Origin: Chiloscyllium plagiosum
Lineage: Eukaryota
Direction: 5' to 3'
Assembly (NCBI RefSeq): GCF_004010195.1
Contig: NC_057751.1
Span: 1,742,494-1,806,493 of the forward strand
Length of the DNA: 64,000 bases
Shown here: piece by piece, positions 1 through 13,225 of the stretch
Layout of the letters: each line of letters starts with the position of its first letter
Numbering within the stretch: position 1 is the stretch's first letter
Position numbers and translations under genes: made by a program
Notes under the pieces: model-generated
Told to the model about the DNA's origin: nothing
The model's input: the letters and a program-made list of their open reading frames with translations, nothing else
Database searches by the model: none

Positions 1-1249
1 AACCAGAATGGAGCAGGGACCTCGAAGTGAAGGAGCCATTGGGAAGTAGTGACCATAATATAATAAGCTTCAATCTGCAATTTGAGAGGGAGAGGGTACA
101 ATCAGAAGTGACAATATTTCTATTGAATAAAGGGAACTATGGATCTATGAGGGAGGAGCTGGCCAAAGTTCAATGGTACAATACCTTAGCAGGGATGACA
201 GTGTAGGAACAATGGCAGATATTTCTGTGTATAATGCAGAAGATGCAGGATCAGTTCATTCCAAAAAGGAAGAAAGATCCTAGGTGGAGGCATGGGCGGC
301 CGTGGCTGACGAGGGAAGTTAAGAAACATATAAAGTTAAAAGAGAAAAAGTATAATATAACAAAGATAAGTGGGAAAAGGGAGGACTGGGAAGCTTTTAA
401 AGAACAACAGAGGATTACTCAGAAGGAAACACACAGAGAAAAAATGAGGTATGAATGTAAACTGGCCAAAAATATAAAGGAGGATAGTAAAAGCTTTTTT
501 AGGTATGAGAAAGGAAAAAAAATGGTTAAGACTAAAATTGAGCCCTTGAAGACAGAAACAGGGGAATATATTATGGGGAACAAAGAAATGGCAGAAGAAT
601 TGAATTGGTACTTCAGATCTGTGTTCACTGGGGAAGACACAAGCAATCTCCCTGAAGTAACAGTGGCTGAAGGACCTGAACTGAAGGGAATTTATATTTG
701 CCAGGAATTGGTGTTGGAGAAACTGTTCGGTCTGAAGGCTGATAAGTCCCCGGGGCCTGATGGTCTGCATCCCAGGGTACTGAAGGAAGTGGCTCGAGAA
801 ATCGTGGATGCGTTGGTGATTATCTTCCAGAGTTCGATTGATTCGGGATCAGTTCCTGCAGATTAGAGGGTGGCTAATGTTGTACCACTTTTTAAGAAAG
901 GTGGGAGAGAGAAAACAGGAAATTATAGACCAGTTAGTCTGACCTCAGTGGTGGGAAAGATGCTGGAGTCTATTATAAAGGATGAAATTACGACACATCT
1001 GGATAGTAGTAACATGATAGGTCAGAGTCAGCATGGACTTATGAAGGGGAAATCATGCTTGACTAATCTTCTGGAATTTTTTGAGGATGTAACTCTGAAG
1101 ATGGACGAGGGAGATCCAGTAGGAATAGTGTACCTGGACTTTCAGAAAGCTTTTGATAAAGTCCCACATAAGAGGTTAGTGAGCAAAATTAGGGCGCATG
1201 GTATTGGGGGCAAAGTACTAACTTGGATTGAAAGTTGGTTGGCTGATAT

Positions 1250-1381
1250 AAAGGAGAAAGTGAGGACTGCAGATGCTGGGGATCAGAGCTTAAAAATGTG
1301 TTGCTGCAAAAGTGCAGCAGGTCAGGCAGCATCAAAGGAGAAGGAGAATCGACGTTTCGTATATAGGCCCTTCTTCAGGAA
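1250..1381 (-). mobile_element. Short Penelope-like terminal fragment inside LINE ORF2
   Basis: Reverse complement matches the PLE 3' ends at ~32900-33000 and ~46910-47000; breaks the RT frame. Confidence 0.75.
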
Positions 1382-2347
1382 GATAGGATACAAAGAGTAG
1401 TGATAAATGGCTCCCTTTCGGAATGGCAGGCAGTGACCAGTGGGGTACCGCAGGGATCAGTACTGGGACCGCAGCTTTTTACAATATATGTTAATGATAT
1501 AGAAGATGGTATTAGCAATAACATTAGCAAATTTGCTGATGATACTAAACTGGGTGGCAGGGTGAAATGTGATGAGGATGTTAGGAGATTACAGGGTGAC
1601 CTGGACAAGTTAGGTGAGTGGTCAGCTGCATGGCAGATGCAGTTTAATGTGGATAAATGTGTGGTTATCCACTTTGGTGGCAAGAACAGGAAGGCAGATT
1701 ACTACCTTAATGGAATCAATTGAGATAAAGGGGCAGTACAGAGAGATCTGGGTGTTCTTGTACACCAGTCAATGAAGGCAAGCATGCAGGTACAGCAGGT
1801 AGTGAAGAAGGTTAATAGTTTTCTGGCCTTCATAACAATAGGGATTGAGTATAGAAGCAAAGAGGTTCTTCTGCAGCTGTACAGGGCCCTGGTGAGACCA
1901 CACCTGGAGTACTGTGTGCAGTTCTGGTCTCCAAATTTGAGGAAAGATATTCTGGCTATTGAGGGAGTGCAGCGTAGGTTCACGAGGTCAATTCCTGGAA
2001 TGGCGGGATTACCTTACACTGAAGGACTGGAGCGACTGGGCTTGTATACCCTTGAGTTTAGAAGACTGAGAGGGGATCTGATTGAGACATATAAGATTAT
2101 TAAAGGATTGGACACAGACAGGAAACTTGTTTCTGCTGATGGGTGAGTGCTGAACCAGAGGACACAGCTTAAAAATATGGGGTAGACCATTTAGGACAGA
2201 GATGAGGAGAAACTTCTTCACCCAGAGAGTGGTGGCTGTGTGGAATGCTCTGCCCCAGAGGGCAGTGGAGGCCCACTCTCTGGATTCATTTAAGAAGGAG
2301 TTGGATAGAGCTCTCAAAGATAGTGGAATCAAGGGTTATGGAGATAA

Positions 2348-3040
2348 AAACAATGACTACAGATGCTGGAAACCAGATTCTGGATTAGTGGTGCTGGAAG
2401 AGCACAGCAGTTCAGGCAGCATCCGAGGAGCTTCGAAATCAACATTTCGGGCAAAAGCCCTTCATCAGGAATAAAGGCAGTGAGCCNNNNNNNNNNNNNN
2501 NNNNNNNNNNNNNNNNNNNNNNNNNNNNNNNNNNNNNNNNNNNNNNNNNNNNNNNNNNNNNNNNNNNNNNNNNNNNNNNNNNNNNNNNNNNNNNNNNGGT
2601 GGTGAGGGAGCAGCGGTGAAGGAGGCCCAGGACCTCCATGTCCTCAGCAGAGTGGGAGGGGGGTTGAAATGTTGGGCCACGGGGCGGTGTGGTTGATTGG
2701 TGCGGGTGTCCCGGAGATGTTCCCTAAAGCGCTCTGCTAGGAGGCGCCCAGTCTCCCCAATGTAGAAGAGACCGCATCGGGAGCAACGGATGCAATAAAT
2801 AATATTAGTGGATGTGCAGGTAAAACTTTGATGGATGTGGAAGGCTCCTTTAGGGCCTTGGATAGAGGTGAGGGAGGAGGTGTGGGCGCAGGTTTTACAG
2901 TTCCTGCGGTGGCAGGGGAAAGTGCCAGGACGGGAGGGTGGATTGTAGGGGGCGTGGACCTGACCAGATAGTCATGGAGGGAACGGTCTTTGCGGAAGGC
3001 GGAAAGGGGTGGGGAGGGAAATATATTTCTGGTGGTGGGG
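2348..3040 (-). mobile_element. Penelope-like element fragment (GIY-YIG region plus terminus)
   Basis: AQHFN...MEVLGLLHR peptide matching PLE ORFs at 32530 and 50080. Confidence 0.85.
2487..2597. other. Assembly gap (111 N)
   Basis: Run of n. Confidence 1.
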
Positions 3041-4379
3041 CAGGAACAGGATACTGATTAAGGATGATCAGCCATGATCATATTGAATGGTGGTGCAGGC
3101 TCGAAGGGCAGAATGGCCTACTCCTGCACCTATTGTCTATTGTCTATTGCCGCAGCTGGTGTGGTGTAGGTATTGTCTGGTATCTCAGGAGATGCTCAGG
3201 TCAGGGATTGCATCAAGAACTTCGGTGGAATCACTGTCATTTGACATCAGAAGAGTTAAAATATTTTGCAGAGTCAAGATCCATGCTTTCATTAATCTTG
3301 TAACTTTCTGTTTTAAGCAGATTGGTACTACGCACAACCTTCAATTATTTCGAAGGATTGAGGCTGTTTTTTTTCTCCTACTGTACGTTCAGCAGGCCAC
3401 TGACATAAACACCAGTCAGTCCCTTCTCCACTGATCTTAGAACAGGAGATCACAGAAATCATACAGAATCTCTGTTCTTTAATCTCAACATGAAAACACA
3501 CGATTAGAGGAGCATCAATTTTCAAGGTTCAAAGATCACATTCGATCCCAAATCCCTTGGGTAATTTAAAATAGGTGCAAAGCTTCAACACATTTCTTTT
3601 ATTTGAGACAGTAGGTTCCAGTGTCCAAATTCAATTTAATGAACAAACACCCCAAGGTGCTCCTTGATAAATAAGAAAATTCACAGAAAACACAGGGGGA
3701 AAGCAAGTGGAAGAGAGATGCAGCTGAAATGCTATTGAAGAAAATTCTGTTGGCAATTTATAAGGGGAAAAATAATTCCAGAGAGTAGGGCTGAAGTTGC
3801 TGGTGGTGTTCTGGGATTGCCTCAATGACCTCCACAAACAAAATCAAATTCTTCAGCTTTGCCCCATGTTAAAAGTGTTGTCATAGTCACACCTTCAATT
3901 TTGGCCATTTTGTTTCTGAAAACTGTTCCCATTACTTGTGGATATCTTGATAGTCCCCAATTCCTTTTTGATTTCATCCGTGTTGTAAATTATCGATTGG
4001 AATGATGCAGTTGACTTTGTGTGAATGAGTGCTGATGTGGGATCACTAAACAGAGACTAATATCTGTAAAGTGATCAGAACCTCACATAGAAATATTTAG
4101 TGTGGCTTTCAAATTTATCTCCCAAATGATGCCATGGATTGTGACTTATTGAATGAGGTTATTATTCCTGGAGGTTGGGTCAAAGGATTTGTCATGGGAT
4201 ACGATCCTTTGTGTGGGTGGAACTGGTTTAAGATCCCCTGTTTAATGATTTCCAAAGGAGGTACTGAGGGAGTTGAAAGGAAGAGACGAGATAGTTCAAC
4301 CTCAGAGATATTCAGCACCTCAAAAGGCTGATTGTCCATAGTTGAGACAATTTCAGGGCACTGTCAACCATCATTGGAT

Positions 4380-4677
4380 CTGAATGTAGGTTTGCTCGCT
4401 GAGCTGGAAGGTTCGTTTTCAGACGTTTCATCACCATACTAAGTAATATCATTAGTGAGCCTTCGGGTGAAGCACTGGTGTTATAGCACGCTTTTTATTT
4501 ATGTGTTTAGGTTTCCTTGGGTTGCTGACATCATTTCCTGTGATGATGTCATTTCCTGTGGAATGTCATTTCCTGTTCTTTTTCTCAGTGGGTGGTAAAT
4601 GGGATCCAAGTCAATATGTTTGTCGATAGAGTTCCTGTTGGAATGCCACGCTTCTAGGAATTTTCACGCGTGTTTTT
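4380..4677 (-). mobile_element. Penelope-like element 3' fragment, second family
   Basis: Minus strand reads KFLEAWHSNRNSIDKHIDLDPIYHPL, resembling a PLE GIY-YIG C-terminus; degenerate hammerhead at 4419-4458. Confidence 0.75.
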
Positions 4678-5045
4678 AGAACATAGAACATAGAAGAATA
4701 CAGCGCAGTACAGGCCCTTCGGCCCTCGATGTTGCGCCGATCCAAGCCCACCTAACCTACACTAGCCCACTATCCTCCATATGCCTATCCAATGCCCGCT
4801 TAAATGCCCATAATGAGGGAGAGTCCACCACTGCTACTTGCAGGGTATTCCATGAACTCACGACTCGCAGAGTAAAGAACCTACCCCTAACATCTGTCCT
4901 ATACCTACCCCCCCTTAATTTAAAGCTATGCCCCCTTGTAATAGCTGACTCCATACGTGGAAAAAGATTCTCACTGTCGACCCTATCTAAACCCCTAATC
5001 ATCTTGTACACCTCTATCAAGTCACCCCTAAACCTTCTTTTCTCT
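4678..5045 (-). mobile_element. CR1-clade LINE 3' end
   Basis: IEVYKMIRGLDRV...TRGHSFKL...FFTLRVVSSWN; (TTCTATG)n tail. Confidence 0.9.
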
Positions 5046-5389
5046 TCTTGTCCCAGGCTTGTCTGCTCAAAACTCGCGAACCATTATTGGATGTCAACCA
5101 ATTATTCTCCTCATACATAAGTGGTAATGGGCTGCAGCAGACTATTTGTCTTTGAAGTGATTGGTATTTCAGCAAGAACTGTTTCAACTACATTCAGGGT
5201 GAATTCATTGTACAGCTTCTTCAAATGCAGTCAGAGGAGTCTCCAGTTCATTTGCATGTTCTGTGCTTTCATAATGACAAAGTTCATATTTATCATACTA
5301 ATTCTGCAAACTCAGAGACCAAATGTGTTTAGTTTCCGTGAGGAAATAAACAAACAATGACAGAGTGAAATGAAAGAATGAGAAAAGAA

Positions 5390-5940
5390 AGCTTGTCTTT
5401 ATAAAGAGTCATACATGACCCTGAGTAGTCCCTAAATGCCTTTCAGCCAAGGAGCTACTTTGGAAGTGCAGTCACTTTGGTGGAAGCAGAGTAACTAATT
5501 TGTATACAGCAAGATCTCCCAGGCAGCATGTGATATTGATCAGATCATCCATTTTCAGTGATGGTGGTTGAGAAATGAATATTGGCTAGTACACGAAGAG
5601 AACTCACCTACTCTTCCTCAAAATGCCATCGGTTACATCCCTCTGTGGAGGCAGAGAGGGCCTTGAAGTAACATCTCAAGGGCAGGACAGATGACAGTGG
5701 AGTACTCCCTTGTGCAGCCCTCGAGGTGTCAGTTTAGATCCACGTTTACCAATACAAATTGCTGAAAAGCTACAGATGTGATAACATTGAAGTCAAATGC
5801 GACTTCTCGGAGCAAAAAAACACCTCACAAAAGCTTCCAGATTTTGTCCTGATTGGAGACGTTACCTGATACATCTGGAGCAGATAGGGTTAAACCCAAG
5901 CCTCCTGGCTCTGAGGTAGGGACACGACCATTGTTCCACA
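5390..5940 (-). mobile_element. Old SacSINE1/DeuSINE-like SINE (similar decayed copies ~15845-16175, 32150-32415, 54490-54660, 58575-58845)
   Basis: Resembles the Deu-domain SINE consensus as I recall it; highly diverged. Confidence 0.6.
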
Positions 5941-6099
5941 AGAGCCCTCACAAAACCTTTTACTGTATATAACCAATCTATTTCACATATCAGTGATAAT
6001 GAGCAAATGTGTGTCCTGATTCAGTAGACAAGGGGCCATCAAATAACAATCCCAAACTATGCCTCTTGTCTTATACAATAGAAATGCTACAGTTCACCA

Positions 6100-6405
6100 A
6101 CGATCCTCAGACAGCACCTTCCAAACCCACATCCACTTCCATCCAGAAGGACAAGGCCAGCAGGTATATGCAAACACTTCCAGATGACTGACCATCTTGA
6201 CTTGGAAATATATCACTGTTCCTTCAGTGTTGTTGGGTCAAAATGCTGGAATTCCCTCCCTAAGGGCATTGTAGGTCAACCCACAGCAAGTGGACTGCAG
6301 TGATTCAAGAAGACAGCCCACCCCCGCATTCTCAAGGGGCAAGTAGTGACTGGCATTAAATACTGGCCAGACAGCGATGTCCACATCCCACAAATGAATA
6401 AAAAA
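6100..6405 (+). mobile_element. LINE 3' fragment (L2/CR1 group); same family at ~28915-29375(+), 37485-38030(-), 54700-55440(+)
   Basis: Shared ctgacttggaaatatatc...ctggaattccctccc...gttcaagaag...cacatccc...gaat(a)n block. Confidence 0.75.
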
Positions 6406-6669
6406 GGTTAAAGATCACATCTGTATCCGAACATTATGACTGCATGTCCAAAGACAGCAGCTATTTCTCATATCTTAATTACATATCAAAAGTACAATTT
6501 AGCATATTTAGAGTTCAAATTTGCCACATGTAGTGACTGAACTGGACACCACAGGGCAAGCTGAAATGATGAAATCTCAGGAATAGGGGTTTGTATGTTA
6601 CTGCAGACCCATACTAACATCATTGTCCATGGTGCTGCATATCTCAAAGATGAAGAAGGGGTGCCTTAC

Positions 6670-6836
6670 TTCGGTTGGAAAAGTAACCATGAACACACTT
6701 TTAACGTAATACTGTGGAAGAGTGACGAAGAAGAGTGCAAATTAAAGGACCAGTTTGAGAAAGACGCAGTACAAGCCAGACTGTTGTTCTGCAAACCCTT
6801 AAGGTATTGCCAGCACAGAGATTGAGTACTGAAGAG
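6670..6836 (-). pseudogene. Exon T (167 nt, phase 0-2, open): LFSTQSLCWQYLKGLQNNSLACTASFSNWSFNLHSSSSLFHSITLKVCSWLLFQP
   Basis: Strong acceptor atgtttccttgcag|CTC, donor GAA|GTAAGG. Confidence 0.75.
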
Positions 6837-7229
6837 CTGCAAGGAAACATAGTTACCAGAAGAGAAACAAAAAGTGTTTGGAACTGCTGGAAGCTGCAAC
6901 AAACCACAGGAAAGGCAGAAAGAGGCAGAGCACAGCTGACATCACTGAGTTTGTGGTGAAAATATTAAAAGATATGGGGGAGAAAGCAGGAATATGATCC
7001 TGAGTTGGATGGTCACCCATGATCATATTGTACAATTGAACAGGCTGAATGCCCCTATTTTCTCTGTTTCTGAAAAAGTCTGAATTATTGAAGGCATGCT
7101 TTCAAAGATCAATAACAAGGGGCACTATTTTAAGCTGAAAAGGCAAGATATTGAGAAGAGATTTGAGGAAAGTTTTTCTTACCTCAAGGGTGGTGGGAAT
7201 CTGGTGTGCACTGCTAGGGAGAGTACTTT

Positions 7230-7744
7230 TGTCAAGCTGCCCCTTTAAGAAGGTTATTTTGTCCTTGGGCTTTTTATAAGAGAGGTCGTAAAGGCAGAGG
7301 TGCTGAAATGTCTGGGGTAAGGCTCGTCACACAATGACAGGGGAGTGGGCAGTTCTCCCAGTTCAGGGTTTTTCTAGTTTCTTTTCGTTGTAACAGTGAG
7401 AAGCTGCTGCAGTGCAGAGAAAGGTTCCATGCTTCAGCAGACAGTTTCTGACTGACTTATCTCTCTGAAATCTCTCCTGCCTGTAAGAATTTGCCTTTAG
7501 TCAAGGAGTGTGTTTATGGGATGTGACGGGAACTGGAACAGCTCCTCAGTTAATTCTGCTTTCTTTTGTTCATGTATCAACTGTTGTGTTTAAAAAAATG
7601 CTGTTTTGCTTAAAGCCAAGTGGTTTGACCAGCTGCATCTCACCTGGAACACCTATTCACACCTGCGTTTAAAATAATAAAAAAAGTTAGGGTCTGGGTT
7701 ACCTTCTTAAAATATTTTGAGAGGATCTGGCCTGGTCCATAACA
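7230..7744 (+). mobile_element. Probable solo LTR
   Basis: TGTCA...TAACA ends, A-rich polyA-like signal near the 3' end, interrupts a LINE remnant; no clear TSD. Confidence 0.5.
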
Positions 7745-8064
7745 TAGTCAAAGTGAAAATCTCAACTTTTTTACATGTAATTGGATGAGCACTCCCACTT
7801 GAAATGTGCTGCAGGTTAAGTGCTGGAAAGTGGCATGAGAGTTGATAGGTTGGCACAGAATGGATGGGCCAAATGGAAATTCAGAGGTCAGAAAGAGTTC
7901 CTCACTCAAAATTTGACTGTGTCCCTTCCAATCCAACTCTGAAGTTGCCCTGCAAATTTGCCATATACTTTGCTTTGTATGCCTGCAGACAGACCTGTAC
8001 AAAGCTTTTCCACCCTTCTAATTCGTTCAAAGCACTCTCTCCAGCCTTAACTATCTAATCTGTA

Positions 8065-8275
8065 GAAAGTGAGAACTGCAGATGCTGGAGATCAGAGTCG
8101 GGAGTGTGGTGCTGAAAACGCACAGCAGATCAGGCAGCATCCGAGGAGCAGGAGAATCGATGTTTCGGGCGCAAGCCGAAATGATTCCTGATGAAGGGCT
8201 TATGCCTGAAATGTCGATTCTCCTGCTCCTTGGATGCTGCTTGACCTGCTGTGCTCTTTCAGCAACACACACTCG
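8065..8275. mobile_element. Palindromic PLE-derived mini-element with central hammerhead motif
   Basis: Arm cacagcagatcaggcagcatccgaggagcaggagaatcga has its near reverse complement downstream; CTGATGA at 8188. Confidence 0.8.
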
Positions 8276-8817
8276 ACCCTTAATTATCTCAGCTGCCAGG
8301 ATACTGATCCAGCAGGGTTCAAGTGAAGCCTATGCCACTCTGAAAAGCCCTCTTTTACCCTCGTACTGGTGCCAGTGTCTCCTGATATGAAATCCTTTCC
8401 CCTAACACCAACCTTTGAGCTGGCATTTAGTATTTTGGAGGTTCTGCTTTTTAATTTACCTCCTAACTGTTCAAAGCCTTTCAGCAGAACTTCCTTTCTA
8501 GTCCTGTCAATGTTGTTTATACCAACATGGCTATCCCCATATCATCTCCACACTATTCCCAGTCAATTGGGAAGGCTGATGCTGTGATGAAAACCATCAA
8601 AGGTGCCAGAAAGAAATTGAGGAAATTCAGCTCACATTAGTTCAAGGCAATTCTTTCAGTCTTGTTCAGGAAACCAAGAATTCATGTCACAAAATGTGTG
8701 AATGACGACGATGAATCTGGGGACATTACTCTGAGATCAGCGGAGCAGAACGGAGCAGAAGAGACACAATAGAGGATTATGTGAAAAGAAGGACTGAAAC
8801 ACAAGAGGCGCACTTAC

Positions 8818-9007
8818 AAGGGAAAATTGAAAGTGTTACAGCACTGAAGAGTGTGAGCGAGCATGATTCTTGGATAAGATTAAACGAGGGACCAAGAGAA
8901 ATGCTGCCGAATGAAGATGTCGACTCAAAGAGTGTTTGCAGAGACACCCAGTATCCAGATATACATAGAACCTCTTTCAAACCACAGCAGCGGTGTACTG
9001 AACAATA
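8818..9007 (-). pseudogene. Exon S (190 nt, phase 2-0; TGA,TAA): IVQYTAAVV*KRFYVYLDTGCLCKHSLSRHLHSAAFLLVPRLILSKNHARSHSSVL*HFQFSL
   Basis: Acceptor tacattttcag|TAT, donor CTT|GTAAGT; an alternative frame is open. Confidence 0.7.
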
Positions 9008-9184
9008 CTGAAAATGTATTCAAGGTCAAAGTATTGCAAAGGAAATAAGTCAGGAAGACAGTAGTCATTGTCAGAGAGAAATGAGGGTTTGCACAGGATT
9101 GGGCAATGGTGTCATAAAGTCTCCAGACATTTGTGACAGTATCTGCACAGAGGGGTCCCATGGGATGTGCCAGTATTTAAGTTA

Positions 9185-9920
9185 TCGAGTAATAGAGATG
9201 TACAGCACAGAAACAGACCCTTTGGTCCAACTTGTCCATGCTGACCAGATGTCCCAACCTAATCGAGTCCCATTTGCCAGCATTTGGCCCATATCCCTCT
9301 GAACCCTTCCTGTTCATATACCCATCCAGTCGCCTTTTAAATGTTGTAATTGTACCAGCCTCTACCATTTCCTCTGGCAGCTCATTCCATACACGTACCA
9401 CCCTCTGTATGAAAAAGTTGTCCCTCAGGTCCCTTTTAAATATTTCCCCCTCTCACCCTAAATCTATGCCCTCTAGTTCTGGACTCCCTCACCCCAGGGA
9501 AAAAAAACCTTGTCTGAATTTACCTTATGAAAACCCCTCATGATTATATAATCTTTTATAAGGTCACCCCTCAGCCTCTGATGCTCCATGGAAAACTGCC
9601 CCAGCTGATTCAGCCTCTCCCTATATAGCTCAAACCCTCTAATCCTGGCAACATCCTTGGAAATATTTTCTAAACCCTTTCAAGTTTCACAACATCCTTC
9701 CAATAGAAAGGAGACCAAAACTGCATGCAATATTCCACAAGTGGCCTAACCAACATTCTGTATAGCTGCAGCATGACCTTCCAACTCCTATACTTGATGC
9801 ACTGTCCAAAAACGAAAAGTATACCAAACACCTCCTTCACTATCCTCTCAACCTGCGACTCCACTTTCAAGGAACTATGAACCTGCGCTCCAAGGTCTCT
9901 TTGTTCAGCAACTCTCCCTT
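9185..9920 (-). mobile_element. CR1/HER1-like LINE 3' fragment
   Basis: LYRMLVRPLVEYC, VRVWNELPEE motifs, 3' tail. Confidence 0.9.
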
Positions 9921-10687
9921 TCTCAGTAAATTATTTGTAACTCCTAATGACCGGAGCTTGTCTCAGCTCATTCATGTACAGAGAGGTTAGTATTGTTTCG
10001 CCTTCAATATTTCCTATTCCAGAAATATGCATCATATATGGCAAGGGACTGATTTAATTAGGTTTGCTTATCGTAGATTTTGCATTGGTTCCTGTCTGAG
10101 ACAGGAGTGATACTCCCTGAAGTGATATCCATCGTTCTGGCTTTCAAGTGGCCATTAATATTTGCAACTTTGGTCTGGTGTCTGTAGTATTGACTGTAAA
10201 AAAATGATTTCAAGGTGGCAAGCTATAAAGCAACATCTGTCAAAGAAACTAATTCACATTTTGCAATTGCTTCTGCAGAAGCTGAAAACACAGCATCTCT
10301 CTTTACTCAGGGAGAGGGTGGAGAGAATATTGGAATGTCAACTAGATTGAAAAGCTTTCAAACCTCACTGACTGAGGGACCTGCAAATAATGTCTCATCC
10401 TCAGGCGGTGATCCTTAATGATTGACACTTATCCAAGGGATGCCCTGCAATGTTACCAGTTGCAAGACATGCCTGGAAATATTAACACATTCCATGGAGA
10501 TGGCTCGTGTTCACAGATGCATTCCAATGGGCGCCACATATGTATTGACTTACCTTACACGGTGTTCTGTGATAGTGACATTCACGGGAGATGTCCTGTG
10601 ATTACTGATACCCTCCCAGGGGTTACTTTGTGATATTAATACACTCCCAGCTAGAATACTTAAAGATGTGACACACTTCAAGAGACA

Positions 10688-11692
10688 AAGAATCATAGAG
10701 ATGTACAGCACGGAAACAGACCTGTCGGTCCAATTCATCCATGCCAACCAGATATCCCAACCCAATCTCGTCCCACCTGCCAGCATCCGGCCCATATCCC
10801 TCCAACCCCTTCCTATTCATATACCCATCAGATGCCTTTTCAATGCTGTAATTTTACCAGCCTCCACCACTTCCTCTGGCAGCTCATTCCATACACGTAC
10901 CACCCTCTGCGTGAAAATGTTGTCCTTTAGGTCCCTTTTATGCCTTTCCCCTCTCACCCTAAACCTTTACCCTCAAGTTCTGGACTCCCCCAACTCAGGA
11001 AAAAGACTTTGTCCATTTACCCTATCCATGCTCCTCATTTTATAAACCTCTATAAGGTCACCCCTCAGCCTCCAACGCTCCAGGGAAAACAGCCCCAGCC
11101 TGTTCAGCCTCTCCCTTTAGCTCAAATCCTCCAACCCTGGCAACATCCTTGTAAATCTTTTCTGAGTCCTTTCCAAGTTTCACAACATCTTTCCGATAGG
11201 AAGGAGACCAGAATTGCACGTAATCTTCTAACAGTGGCCTAACCAATGTCCTGAAGAGTCGCAATATGACCTCCCAACTCCTGTACTCAATACTCTGACC
11301 AATAAAGGAAAGCATACCAAATGCCTTCTTCACTATCTACCTGCGCCTCCACTTTCAAGGAGCTATGAACCTGCACTCCAAGGTCTCTTTGTTCAGCAAC
11401 ACTCCCCAGGACCTTACCATTAAGTGTATAAGTCCTGCTAAGATTTGCTTTCCCAAAATGCAGCACCTCGCATTTATCTAAATTAAACTCCATCTGCCAC
11501 TTCTCAGCCCATTGGCCCATCTGGTCCAGATCCTGTTGTAATCTGAGGTAACCTTCTTCGCTGTCCTCTGCATCTCCAATTTTGGTGTCATCTGCAAACG
11601 TTTTAACTATACCCCTTATGCTCACATCCAAATCATTTACATAAATGACAAAAAGTAGTGGAGCCAGCACTGACCCTTGTGGCACTCCACTG
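10688..11692 (-). mobile_element. CR1/HER1-like LINE, 5'-truncated
   Basis: SGVPQGSVLAP, FADDTKIG, WQMEFNLDKC. Confidence 0.95.
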
Positions 11693-12409
11693 TCCCAGGC
11701 CTCCTGTTTGTTGCAGGGATCCTTTTCAATACTCAAGCATACCTGCTGTTGGGAGGTCAAAGTCCTCAGTAAATCAATTGGTTCTGATTTACATAGTCAG
11801 CTGAGATGTGAAACTGTACTTCCAACAAACTGTCCCAATCAGAAAATCTGCCATAGGGAGGGAGGGGATCTTTTTGCTATTGATCTTCTCTTTGACAAAT
11901 GTAACAGAGGGATCACAATGCTGTGTATGAGATTAAAATAATATCTCCAATCCAGACGACAAAGGATTAACAGGAAATGGCAATAAGCAGTTGATGAATT
12001 TAGCAATTTTGCAAGAACACCTGAATTTGTCTGTAAGAATCAAGCACTCAACCAAGCATAAAGACATGCTTGGGAAAATTGCAGGAGATTAAGAGTGAGA
12101 GCAGGGCTATTCAGAAGGTAACATCGAATAGAGCCTGCTATTAATACTGGGGACTTTTCACTGTTAATTGCACTTGCAAATGATGCCACACACTCTGAGA
12201 CTGAGCTCCAAGTACCAGCTGGCAAATAAAAGGTCGTAAGGCTTGGATGTTTAATCATTTCTCAAGTAGTTTAAGTTAATAGTCAGTTCCAATATATCTG
12301 ATGTAGATTGAACCAATACATTTTCTTCATATAAAAGTGCATGTATCTCCTTGTATTCACATTAATCAGATCGTAAAGAACCAGTTAATGCTTAATGGTG
12401 CAACCTTAC

Positions 12410-12537
12410 TACTCTTCTTCAAACACAGTGTGTTGAGATACTGAACAGGAGGTTGTAGCCTTGGTTTGATGTCTGATCTGAAGAACGATCTGAACATCTC
12501 TGACACTTCCTTGGCATCAAGCGGTGAAAAATGCATC
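12410..12537 (-). pseudogene. Exon R (128 nt, phase 0-2; 1 TGA): DAFFTA*CQGSVRDVQIVLQIRHQTKATTSCSVSQHTVFEEE
   Basis: Acceptor cacttctgcaaaag|GAT, donor GTA|GTAAGG; an alternative frame is open. Confidence 0.65.
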
Positions 12538-13225
12538 CTTTTGCAGAAGTGAATGTAAACCAATCCACTCAGATTGAGGTGACACACAAACAAATCTCAT
12601 GGATGCTTCAATCTTAGATATTTAGTGGCTGAGCATGGCAAGAATTCATTTAGCCTATTCTGATTTATCTGATTCTTGAAAACAGCTGTCATGCTTCATC
12701 CCACATTTTTGTCCACAACACCTTCATTCCGTCTCCTCAAGTTTCTGTCTAACTGACTTTTGAAATCAGCTTCCATCACCATTTCAGACAGGTCTTGGCT
12801 GGATACTGACAACATTGAGTGAACCATTCTCCCTCGTCTCAAGTGGAACTTCACCTGATGATTTTAAATCTATGACCACTGGTTCACTGAAAGAGATAGT
12901 TTTCTCTCTACGTGTATCACCCTGCAATCTATTTGGTCACCTTGTAACTCTATCAAATCCAAGTAGAAACAGTCCAAATATTTTCAACTTTTCTTCAGAA
13001 CTGAATTCTCTCATTCCTACCTCAAGCCTTTACATCTTTAGTGAAATGTATTGAGTGTTGTGCAGGATTGATGGAGGGCTTGTACAGTCAAAGATGAAAA
13101 TGCCTTTCAACATTTTGTGGAATACAACAGCTGATATCTTTGAAATATTTTACTGGTCTAACGAGTTCAGGTAACTTATGTGGCAATGGGTCCAACAGGG
13201 CAGCACGGTTGATTCATTTCCATAC

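Larger units (their letters stand above)
1..3150 (+). mobile_element. CR1-clade (HER1-like) LINE, ORF2 RT region and 3' tail, interrupted by PLE insertions
   Basis: KSPGPDG, NYRPVSLTS, LDFQKAFDKVPH, GVPQGSVLGP, KFADDTK, LVRPHLEYC motifs; tail ending (TATTGTC)n at ~3040-3150. Confidence 0.95.
3150..5303 (-). pseudogene. Long distal exon U (phase 2 start), with stops and frameshifts, split by retroelements at ~4380-5045
   Basis: Acceptor gagtttgcag|AAT gives ISMINMNFVIMKAQNMQMNWRLL*LHLKKLYNEFTLNVVETVLAEIP. Protein-like minus-strand pieces continue in ORFs 4115..4339, 3631..3837 and 3328..3525. Could be more than one exon. Confidence 0.5.

Noticed and set aside
234..2474. RT ORFs as host genes, retrons or a prokaryotic defence system; CRISPR arrays
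   Set aside because: The ORFs are fragmented LINE ORF2 in vertebrate DNA, and I saw no regularly spaced repeat-spacer array anywhere in the window.
10554..10595. 42-nt phase 2-2 exon candidate with a strong AAG|GTAAGT donor
   Set aside because: Weak pyrimidine tract, and inclusion creates TAG at the junction with exon R.
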